32,000 nucleotides of DNA, taken from the NCBI RefSeq assembly GCF_001458695.1, contig NZ_LN885086.1, positions 180,001 to 212,000 on the forward strand. Direction: 5' to 3'. This DNA comes from Candidatus Nitrospira inopinata (GTDB lineage: Bacteria > Nitrospirota > Nitrospiria > Nitrospirales > Nitrospiraceae). Of the stretch, positions 15,820 through 23,828 are shown in pieces (positions within the stretch are counted from its first letter, which is position 1; each line of letters starts with the position of its first letter). The notes under the pieces are model-generated. The model did not search any database. It worked only from the letters and a program-made list of their open reading frames with translations, and was not told the origin of the DNA. The position numbers were made by a program, and so were the translations under genes.

Positions 15820-18800
15820 TCAGTCAGGCTTGGGGGTCATTGACGGCTTCGCCGACGCCGATGTCAATGCCGATACCCTGGAGGCGGGGATGGCCACCAC
15901 GACATCATATTCCGGATCGCCGTCTTGGTCTTTTCCGTCACGGCCGACGCTGTATAAGACTCCTTTGCTCAGATTCACCAACATCGGAAGCCCGGTGTAC
16001 GGGTCATAGAAATCTTGGCCGGCCTTGGCGATACGGGAAAACAGCTCGGCATCCGCCCCCCCGCGACGGATCCACGCCTGCAAGCTGGCGAGACGAAGGT
16101 GAGCCTCCGCATCGACGGCCATGCCATGGTAGCCGTCCCACGCCGGCAACGGATCGAGCCCGATGATATTTTCAATGGGATTCGCCAGCACGTCCGTCAT
16201 CGTCTCGGCCGGAGACCGACTAAACTCGCTCCGTTTCGGAAAGCCCCGGTGCCGCCCCTCATTGACCGCCTTGTACGAAGCGTCGTAATAGGCGGCGTAG
16301 CCGTTCAACCGACGTTGCTTGGGCAAGGGAAACCACGAGACAAGGGTTGCGTAGAATGAGTGCGCTTCTTCGGTCTCTGCTTTCAGTTGAGCGTCGTATG
16401 ACGCGGCGGCCCAAGCAAGCTCGCCGTGCATCGGCCAACGGATCGAGAGTTCGGCCTGGTTCAACGGCCTGAGCAGATGGGATAACCGGCCGACGTGTTT
16501 GGCGTCGAAATCGGGATCGGCCAAGAGCCCCGACGCCACCGTCGCGTCGTCGCGGACCGCTTGGATCGCCAGTGCCTTGATCGCAAGGGTTTTGGCCTGG
16601 GCCAACACGATCCGCCAAGCCTCCATGTCCGCTTCCAGTCTCTCTATGCCGACATCGGTCTGCTGAAGGAATCCCTCCGCAATATACAGATGATGGGCGA
16701 ACGTGATCGAATCGCACGGCGGAGCCACAGCCAGTCCGAATCCCCAGTCTTCAAACGACAGGCGTTGCCACTGTCTATACCGACCGAGCATCGCCTCTCC
16801 TTCACCGGCCCATCCATTGAGAAGACCGCGGTTCGCCTTCAATGCTCCGACCGGATCCCTCCCCCTGATCCATCCACTCAACACTCTCGCGGAGGCATGG
16901 CCATGATCGGTTGGAGGAAGTCCGTCTTGACCTCCGAGGCACGCTCTCGCTCGGTTGTTCGCACCTTGTCGCTCCGCATGCAGCCTCAATCCCGTCTGGA
17001 TCGGATCCTGCCCGGCTGGCGCATCGAATCCCAGCAGCAACAGATAGCCGTTCGTATGGGGATCCGACAAGGTACGAGGAGGAGCGGCCGTGAGACGTTG
17101 ATAGAGAGGAGATGGCGCTTCTTCCATCGCGACCCATGTCAAGCCGACCGCCACGATCCCTAACACAACCGCGACACAGGCCAGAGAAATCAACGCGACA
17201 AGGGACAGGACCATCGCGTTCGTCGTGGAGACGCAGGACCGAAGCCATTCAGAGACTTGAACCCCGACGCGACTCGGGAACCCCGGCCGTTTTGTCCTGA
17301 GCCGTTTCGTCGGCGAAGAAACGTCCGCCTTTCTACTTTGAGACTCGCCGGCCGTCTCAAACAGCACATCGACGGCCGCTGAAGCAGTCGACGTGAAAGT
17401 GTTGCGCTCTTGGTCATCCGCTGGAAGCCTCGGCCGAATTCTTCCTGTCGAGGAAATCGTCTCAATCGACGATCTGACCGGCGGTTCATCGGCCAATCGA
17501 ATCGGCCCCCAACTCGCAGCCGTTTCCTCCGCCCTTGACGACGGCTCACGCGGCGATTCCCAGGCCACGTCATCGGCCGGTTTACCAGCCGCTTCCTCGT
17601 CATTGAGGTCCCTGGTTGCCGGTCCCTCCGTCGCGCTATACAAAGGCGGCTCAGGCACAGCCTCACTCGCCAGGGGTGACGCGACCGTCTCTTCAAATTC
17701 CTCCGCTTCGAGTCGATCTCTTGACTCTTCAACCTCAACCGACGTCTCAGCGAGAACCGGCTGATCCGTCTCGTCCGCCGTATTGGAGGTCGCCGCTTCC
17801 TCCTCCGGCGGCATCGGAACCTCGATCGGCGCGGCCGCCGTTGACGCCCGTTCATCGATGACGTCTTCATCGAACACGTCGAAGACCGGCTTGTTGGTAT
17901 CGGTCTCTTTCGCACCCGAGTCCGTCACCGGAGCATCGGGGATCGCGCAACTCTGCTCCTCCACTTCCTCTCTTCTCTCCTCCGATTCTTCCGACAGAGA
18001 CGAGGATGAAAGGATGGCGAACGGAGGGGTTTCTCCGGTATCGGCGATCTCCGGTTCGAGAACCGGTTCAGGGTCGTCCGCTACCGACGACGCAGCGGCA
18101 ACGGAATCGCCGGGCGCTTCCGATGAATCGATCCGCTCCGCAACCGCAAGCTCGACGGACCCTGCGTCACGTTGTGCTTCGGGAATTTCGATCGTGGCAT
18201 CCGGAACTTGATCCCAGGGAACCGGCGCCTCCTCCGACGTTACCCGAATCGTTTCATCCTGCCAGGACGCCCCATCCGCTTCATTCGACTCATTCGACAG
18301 GCCTTCTTCTTCCACCATCGAGGCAGGGGCGTCGGCCTCAGAGTGAATAGAAAAACCTAACGGCTGCTCGATTGCATAGGACTCATCGGCCTCCGGAGAG
18401 GCGACTCCTGTGGCTGGTCTTTCTTCTATCGGGTCGGGAGGGGACGATTCTGGAACCGTATCCGGCATGCCGACCGCGTGGCAGTCCGCTTCGCCGACCT
18501 GCTCTCTCCCGACCGATGTGGTCGGATCGGTCTGACAATCGTCCGGTCCGGATGGATGCTCACATGGCCGAGTTGGCTCTTCTGTCGTGCGGCCGGACAG
18601 GGCATCGAGCGCAGTCTCTTCCACCATCGAAGGGGACAGGTCGTCATTTGAAAGGGCCGATGAAAGCGCCGACGGTGGTGTACCGGGCTCGGCGGCGCGA
18701 TTCACGTCGGTTGACAAGGCGAGCGTCGAATCGGCTGATTGATCGGAGACGTCGGAAACCGGCTCACAGGAGACCTCACCCTGTCCGTTCACGGTCACGT

Positions 18801-19815
18801 CCGGAACACTGACCGCCGTGCCGGACGGCGCCGTGAGCGCATCGCCGGCCGGTTCATCCGACGACCATTGCGCAGCCGTGTCAGTTGTCGCGTCTCCATC
18901 AAGCGACGACGATTTGGGTGATTCAGAATCGAAAGCGGCTTCTACGGCGTGGCCATTCGACTCCGACTCGACGGTCGATTGCCTCTCACCAGGCGATGAA
19001 TCCAGCAGCCATTCGGCGCCATTTGTTTCGGCACCGTTTGTTTCAGCCGGAGGCTCTTGCTGCCGAATCGCGTCGCGGAGGCCGTCGTCGATCGCTCTAT
19101 CACCGACGATTTCACCTCCATCGTCGGCGGTTTCACCGGAAACGGCGACGTCATCGGGACCGATGACGTCGCCCGCAAAATCATCGTCGCTCGGCGACGA
19201 ATCGTGAGTGGAAACATCCCCGGGCCTGGCGATGAGTTCCCCCGTTTGCGGATCAAAATACCGGTTCAAGCGGATGGCGGGGGGAGACGCCGGAGCAAGG
19301 CTCCTGATTTGTTGATACAGCCTGGCCGCGTGCGGGGGATCTTCGAGATCGGGATCTTCGATCAAGATGTCGATCGCCTTGGCATATTCGGCCACCGCAT
19401 CCAATATCTGCCCTTTGTCTTGGTAGATTGAGCCGAGTTTTTCGAGATAGGGAACACACCGGGGCCCCGCCGCCAAATATTCCCGCAGCAAAGATTCCGC
19501 AAGCCAATAGTCTTGCCGCGCAAACGCTTCATCGATGAGCGAATCAAACGCTTGTTTGGCTGGAATCAGACTGCCCAGGCGAAGGTGAAGGGTCGCAAAA
19601 AGCCGGCGCGCCTCCATATTATGGGGGTCCATCGCCAGCAATTCTTTCAGCGATGCCGACGCCCGCCCATACTTCCCCGCGTTCATCTGCGTGATGGCTT
19701 CTTCCAGCAGGGCGGTCTTCCTGCCGTAGCCGGAACCGGCCTGCTTCAGCCCGCGCACACGGCCGGTCTCGGTCTTGTCTTTCTCTTTTACTGTTCTTTT
19801 TTTATTCGGTGGCAC
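15820..19815 (-). CDS. Giant bitopic membrane protein: N-terminal TPR-like domain, roughly 650-aa acidic low-complexity region, one TM helix, 430-aa periplasmic domain
   Basis: Uninterrupted 1331-codon ORF with a GTG start at 19815 (AAGG 7 nt upstream). aa 35-165 are TPR-like helical repeats. aa 200-830 are D/E/S/P/T/A-rich with almost no basic residues. A basic patch (KRLRTKRPGFPSR) precedes the TM helix MVLSLVALISLACVAVVLGIVAVGLTWVAM (aa 868-897, nt about 17125-17214). The C-terminal domain belongs to no family I recognise. Confidence 0.8.
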   Translation of the reverse strand: MPPNKKRTVKEKDKTETGRVRGLKQAGSGYGRKTALLEEAITQMNAGKYGRASASLKELLAMDPHNMEARRLFATLHLRLGSLIPAKQAFDSLIDEAFARQDYWLAESLLREYLAAGPRCVPYLEKLGSIYQDKGQILDAVAEYAKAIDILIEDPDLEDPPHAARLYQQIRSLAPASPPAIRLNRYFDPQTGELIARPGDVSTHDSSPSDDDFAGDVIGPDDVAVSGETADDGGEIVGDRAIDDGLRDAIRQQEPPAETNGAETNGAEWLLDSSPGERQSTVESESNGHAVEAAFDSESPKSSSLDGDATTDTAAQWSSDEPAGDALTAPSGTAVSVPDVTVNGQGEVSCEPVSDVSDQSADSTLALSTDVNRAAEPGTPPSALSSALSNDDLSPSMVEETALDALSGRTTEEPTRPCEHPSGPDDCQTDPTTSVGREQVGEADCHAVGMPDTVPESSPPDPIEERPATGVASPEADESYAIEQPLGFSIHSEADAPASMVEEEGLSNESNEADGASWQDETIRVTSEEAPVPWDQVPDATIEIPEAQRDAGSVELAVAERIDSSEAPGDSVAAASSVADDPEPVLEPEIADTGETPPFAILSSSSLSEESEERREEVEEQSCAIPDAPVTDSGAKETDTNKPVFDVFDEDVIDERASTAAAPIEVPMPPEEEAATSNTADETDQPVLAETSVEVEESRDRLEAEEFEETVASPLASEAVPEPPLYSATEGPATRDLNDEEAAGKPADDVAWESPREPSSRAEETAASWGPIRLADEPPVRSSIETISSTGRIRPRLPADDQERNTFTSTASAAVDVLFETAGESQSRKADVSSPTKRLRTKRPGFPSRVGVQVSEWLRSCVSTTNAMVLSLVALISLACVAVVLGIVAVGLTWVAMEEAPSPLYQRLTAAPPRTLSDPHTNGYLLLLGFDAPAGQDPIQTGLRLHAERQGANNRARACLGGQDGLPPTDHGHASARVLSGWIRGRDPVGALKANRGLLNGWAGEGEAMLGRYRQWQRLSFEDWGFGLAVAPPCDSITFAHHLYIAEGFLQQTDVGIERLEADMEAWRIVLAQAKTLAIKALAIQAVRDDATVASGLLADPDFDAKHVGRLSHLLRPLNQAELSIRWPMHGELAWAAASYDAQLKAETEEAHSFYATLVSWFPLPKQRRLNGYAAYYDASYKAVNEGRHRGFPKRSEFSRSPAETMTDVLANPIENIIGLDPLPAWDGYHGMAVDAEAHLRLASLQAWIRRGGADAELFSRIAKAGQDFYDPYTGLPMLVNLSKGVLYSVGRDGKDQDGDPEYDVVVAIPASRVSALTSASAKPSMTPKPD

Positions 19816-20103
19816 CGTACAACCTTAGCAGACCATCTCGAAATTGTTGCGATCTTGCCGTGCGGTTTGCCTCCATCGTACAGAGGGCCGTGTCCGGTAG
19901 CGCGGCAGGGAAAAGAGTCTGATGATTTTGCAATGGGAATGCCTGATCTCGAGCCAGGTCATTCTCGAAGACGTCCTTGAAAATGAGCGGTTACCGCGCG
20001 TTAGTTCAACTTGATGAATAATGCCTTTCATTGCTCCCGCGGCCCGTACAAATAGGTGCGGATACCGACCCCGATTGAACGGACCGACCACGGAACAGAA
20101 GAG

Positions 20104-20478
20104 TTACCGGCACGGGGCATAATCATCCGGCTGGTCCGACGAGAAATGGAAGCCGATTTCATAGACGTAACCGGAAGAGAGTGTCCGCTCGTCGCCCCTC
20201 GACACTCTTTGGAACAAGGCCTTCCCGCAGCGCAGACACTGTTGCGCTCCTTCCCAGGAACGATTTCCCGCAAGGTGTTGGACCGGACGGTTCCTTTGGA
20301 TTCCAAGTTCCGGCATCAGCGCGTGCCTGACTTCGGCAATGAGTCGTTGCGCACGTTCCGCCGATCGCGCCTCGGTTTTTTCAAGAGCAAGAACAAGGAG
20401 GCCCAATGCCCTCACTGGGTCCCCATCGGCCTCCCACAGCAACCGCTGGACAAATGCCTGAAGGTTCCGTTCCGCCAT
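20104..20478 (-). CDS. Hypothetical small protein (weak call)
   Basis: Minus-strand ORF 20104..20559 (the track start is TTG). The internal ATG at 20478 gives a 124-aa product with a helical N-terminal half and a C-terminal CLRC pair. There is no clear RBS. A 165-aa ORF on the opposite strand competes with it but looks less protein-like. Confidence 0.3.
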   Translation of the reverse strand: MAERNLQAFVQRLLWEADGDPVRALGLLVLALEKTEARSAERAQRLIAEVRHALMPELGIQRNRPVQHLAGNRSWEGAQQCLRCGKALFQRVSRGDERTLSSGYVYEIGFHFSSDQPDDYAPCR

Positions 20479-20793
20479 TTTATTGGCTTGATCGAAGAAG
20501 AGACGTCTTGCCCGGCACCGTTCCCTTATCGGCAGATTGCAGAGAATAAATAAGAGCAAGAAGAGCCTGTCGGGACTCCAGATTCACCGAGTTCCTCTGT
20601 GTCCCCCGAAAGAGGATCGGCGGACGACGGGCATCCGAGTTATGGAACGGCCGCTTTTGGCTTTTGTTGTCTCGCCCATAGCCCTTGTGATACGGTCAGT
20701 CGTTGCGCGGCAACCGGTGCCCGCGTTACCATTGAAAGCTCTTGCAGGCGTAGAGGCGGGGGGGGCCGGTTCGTATTCCGCTAGGTGCAAGTC

Positions 20794-22311
20794 ATGAGAA
20801 GAATGGCGGCTGTTTGTGTCTGTGCGGGGCTATGCGCCCTGACGCTCTTGTGTCCGCAGGATCTGTGGGCCCAGGGAACCGGCGCTCAACCGGCCAAGGT
20901 CGCGCTTGACTTCAACGAGGTGGAGATCCCCGTTCTTGTCCGTTTTATCAGTGAGCTGACAGGAAAAAACTTTGTCCTGGATGACACAATCAAAAAGCAA
21001 GCGGGCAAGATTTCCGTCTACTCCCCCACCAAGGTCACGAAAGAGCAAGCCTACCAGATGTTCGTCTCGGCGTTGGAAGTTGCACGTCTGGCCGTTGTTC
21101 CCAAGGGCAACGTCTATCAGATCGTGCAAATGGGCGATCTGCCTCCCGAGCGCGGCGTCTTCGTCTATCGCCTCAAACACGCGAACGCCTCGGACCTCGC
21201 GGCCGTCTTGACCAATCTCGTGGCGCGCTCACAGACGGTCGCCCAAATGGCTCCCGGCATGAGACCGCCCATGAGACCGCTGACGGAATTCGAAGCGCCC
21301 GTCCAAGTCTTCGCCGACAAGGCGACGAATTCCATCATCATCAGCTCAACCAAGGCAGCCTATAGCCAACTGCAATCCGTCATCCGCGATCTGGATGTCC
21401 GACGCCATCAGGTGTTCGTGGAAGCCGTCATCCTTGAGGTGCAGGTCGACCGTCTAAGACAAATCGGAACCGATCCGACGCAAGTGCTCGGCGCCTGGAG
21501 GTCAGGATCCGCCCAAGGGCTGGGAGGGTTCAACCGGGCCCCGGAAGATCTTGCTTTGGTCGCCCAGGCCATCGCGGGCGGTGCGACGGGAGGAGCGTTT
21601 ACCGTGCTGAATACGGTCAATGTCCGCGCCTTCATGCAACTGCTCATGAACATGACCGACACAAACATTCTGTCCACGCCTCAGGTATTGGCGGCGGACA
21701 ATCAAAAGGCGAAAATCGTCGTCGGAGAAAATCGGCCGTTCCCGACCGGACAGGCTCAGGGCATCACCGGGGGCACCTTGGTCACGATCGAACGGAAAGA
21801 CGTGGGAGTCACATTGGAGATTACGCCGCAGGTGCTTGAAGACGACATGATTCGTCTGGAGATCAAACAAGAAATCACCGCCATATCGGAAGCCGTGGCC
21901 CAAACCATCGGATCGGGAACCGCCGCCATTCCCGTCGGCCCCACAACCACCAAACGTTCGATGGAAACCACGACGATCGCCCATGACCAGCAGACCCTTG
22001 TCGTCGGAGGGCTGGTCCGCGACAACATTACAGTCAACGAGCGAAAGGTGCCGTTTTTCGGCGACATTCCTTGGCTCGGCTGGCTGTTTCGGTCCCAAAG
22101 CCGGACGATGGAGAAGCTGAATCTTCTGGTCTTTCTCACTCCCCATTTGGTTCGGGATGACGTGGATATGGTCGAGCTGAACGCGAGAAAGGCAAAAGAA
22201 ATCAACGTGCTGCAACGAGAAAACCGCATCGAGGAGCCGACCAGACTGAAACAGGATGTTTTAGAGCGACTTGAGCGTCCCGATACCACACCTCTCGACT
22301 CTCAGCGGTGA
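20794..22311 (+). CDS. Short secretin (GspD/PilQ superfamily; N0 + one N1-type domain + secretin domain)
   Basis: Signal peptide MRRMAAVCVCAGLCALTLLCPQDLWA. N0-like segment (FNEVEIPVLVRFISELTGKNFVLDD). Secretin core (VFVEAVILEV, ILSTPQVLAADNQKAKIVVGENRPF, VGVTLEITPQV, VPFFGDIPWLGWLFRS, LLVFLTPHLV). ATG at 20794; the track start at 20785 is GTG. Confidence 0.85.
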   Translation: MRRMAAVCVCAGLCALTLLCPQDLWAQGTGAQPAKVALDFNEVEIPVLVRFISELTGKNFVLDDTIKKQAGKISVYSPTKVTKEQAYQMFVSALEVARLAVVPKGNVYQIVQMGDLPPERGVFVYRLKHANASDLAAVLTNLVARSQTVAQMAPGMRPPMRPLTEFEAPVQVFADKATNSIIISSTKAAYSQLQSVIRDLDVRRHQVFVEAVILEVQVDRLRQIGTDPTQVLGAWRSGSAQGLGGFNRAPEDLALVAQAIAGGATGGAFTVLNTVNVRAFMQLLMNMTDTNILSTPQVLAADNQKAKIVVGENRPFPTGQAQGITGGTLVTIERKDVGVTLEITPQVLEDDMIRLEIKQEITAISEAVAQTIGSGTAAIPVGPTTTKRSMETTTIAHDQQTLVVGGLVRDNITVNERKVPFFGDIPWLGWLFRSQSRTMEKLNLLVFLTPHLVRDDVDMVELNARKAKEINVLQRENRIEEPTRLKQDVLERLERPDTTPLDSQR

Positions 22312-22497
22312 AGGCCCGGTTCCGTTTCCCATTCCGCCATATCCTTCCACCGGCATCTCTATATCGAGAGAATCTTACACCGCGCCTCAGAGAAGCGTAT
22401 CCCTCTTTTTCGGCTTGCCCCTCCCCTCCTGAGAGGGATAGCTCCTTCAGGGTTGTCCCGATAGACTCCCTCGCAGACGATGCTTGAGGAGGAAGCC

Positions 22498-22896
22498 ATG
22501 CACGATTCGCGGTCATCGCGCCGTTATCCCGTCGCGTATCCGGTGATTTTCAGAGGCGCTCCATTCGTAGGCGAAGGAACGATCGCCGATCTGTCCCTCA
22601 CTGGCTGTTCCATCGTCTGCGATCGAACGGCTCTCGCCGACAGTGACATCAAGCTCAGTGTGATTTTCCCTGATCCGACTCTGTCGCTGTTCATCGAGTT
22701 GGGGAAAATCCGGTGGGTAAGAGGCAACGTCTTCGGCGTCGAATTTCTGCGGATGCCGACGATCACCCGTCACCGTATGGACCACGTGCTGCGACAACAG
22801 GGAAACACGTCAGTGAGCTCCCTGTCGGGCCAGGCTCCGCTCAGCAAGGAGATTCCATTTCCCCAGGGCCATTTCCTCTCTAAACGATCAGCTTAG
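22498..22896 (+). CDS. PilZ-domain protein (putative c-di-GMP receptor)
   Basis: The ATG at 22498 is preceded by GAGGAGGAAGCC. The sequence has an RxxxR motif (RSSRR) and a DxSxxG motif (DLSLTG) at PilZ-typical spacing. Confidence 0.75.
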   Translation: MHDSRSSRRYPVAYPVIFRGAPFVGEGTIADLSLTGCSIVCDRTALADSDIKLSVIFPDPTLSLFIELGKIRWVRGNVFGVEFLRMPTITRHRMDHVLRQQGNTSVSSLSGQAPLSKEIPFPQGHFLSKRSA

Positions 22897-22987
22897 GCAT
22901 CAACTACTCTCAGAGCTTGCCCGATGGAGATAAGGAGAAAGAGGAATAGACAGTGAGGAGAATGAGAATCGGAAGGAGAAACTTCCT

Positions 22988-23023
22988 GTCGCGTCCCCCA
23001 CCGCTTACGGTGAGGGACGCGAC
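22988..23023. terminator. Bidirectional stem-loop between the convergent PilZ and OMP genes
   Basis: gtcgcgtccc (22988-22997) pairs perfectly with gggacgcgac (23014-23023). An inner caccg/cggtg stem carries a CTTA tetraloop. There is no strong U-tract on either side. Confidence 0.5.
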
Positions 23024-23033
23024 ACCTTCTTAC

Positions 23034-23828
23034 CTATGGTCTGATATCAAAGTGGAGCGACAATCCCGCATGGACACTAATCGTTCTGATCGTGGATTCG
23101 TAATCATCTAACACGAGCGGGCCATTAAATGGAAGACCGGACTGTCCGAACCGATCCGTCCCGAGCGCGTCGTGAAAGGCATGGGTATATTTTGCTTCCG
23201 CAAAGGCAGCGACATATTTGATGAGAAACACCTTCACGCCGCCCTTCACCTGAAAAGCCGGAGCCGTGTCCCGCTGCGTGGTGAGGGGAGCCGAAAAGGT
23301 GGCCCCTCGAGCTCCACCCGGCCGAAACGCGAACTGATGAGCCCCACCTCCCACTCCGATGTACGGATGCCACCGCCCGTTAGGATAGGCCTCGGAAATC
23401 GCAAATGGCCGGCGAAGCATGATATTCCCGCCGATGTAGATTCCTTGTATTTCTGTTGTGGTGCCCTCAAAACCGTAGGACTCCATGCGCCCATTAACTC
23501 CCTCACGGCAGCATGCGATGTCCGGCCACCAGATATAGCCTTCGATTTCAGCACCGACATCAAATCCCACCAACTTGTTTCTGGTTGGAAACCAAATTCC
23601 CGCATTACCGCCGACCGACTGTTTCATCTGGTAGTCGACATCTCTCTCGACATCACCGTTACGAAATGTCGCGTCCTGACTGAACGGAATGGCGACGCCC
23701 GCCAAAAAGGACAGATAGGGCTCGATCGTCCCGGACGACATCGTGGGCAGCTCGGCCGCCGCGCGGGCGGATGAAGAGAAACCAACCGCACAGAGAAGGA
23801 CTATCATCGCCGCAATTCTCGTTTTCAT
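23034..23828 (-). CDS. Outer-membrane beta-barrel protein (OMP_b-brl-like)
   Basis: The ATG at 23828 is preceded by GGGAGGG with a 6-nt spacer. Signal peptide with AxA site (SSSARA/AAE). Repeated amphipathic strands rich in G/Y/F (GGNAGIWF, GFDVGAEIEGYIW, HPYIGVGGGAHQFAF, AAFAEAKYTHAF). Confidence 0.7.
   Translation of the reverse strand: MKTRIAAMIVLLCAVGFSSSARAAAELPTMSSGTIEPYLSFLAGVAIPFSQDATFRNGDVERDVDYQMKQSVGGNAGIWFPTRNKLVGFDVGAEIEGYIWWPDIACCREGVNGRMESYGFEGTTTEIQGIYIGGNIMLRRPFAISEAYPNGRWHPYIGVGGGAHQFAFRPGGARGATFSAPLTTQRDTAPAFQVKGGVKVFLIKYVAAFAEAKYTHAFHDALGTDRFGQSGLPFNGPLVLDDYESTIRTISVHAGLSLHFDIRP

Noticed and set aside
20660-20690. Sigma-54-like TGGC...TTG string (tggcttttgttgtc) upstream of the secretin.
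   Set aside because: The spacing between the GG and the would-be GC element does not fit the TGGCAC-N5-TTGC consensus.
20764-20790. tRNA-like T-arm motif (gccGGTTCGTATTCCgc) just upstream of the secretin.
   Set aside because: The stem has a mismatch. No complementary acceptor 5' strand (gcaccta) and no D or anticodon arms lie at the right distance upstream. It is not a tRNA, at most a chance resemblance.
22963-23115. Small plus-strand ORF starting MRIGRRNFLSRPPPL, which looks like a twin-arginine (RRxFL) signal.
   Set aside because: The SD is only 1 nt from the ATG. The ORF runs through the terminator hairpin and then antisense into the OMP gene, and the rest of the peptide is not signal-like or protein-like.
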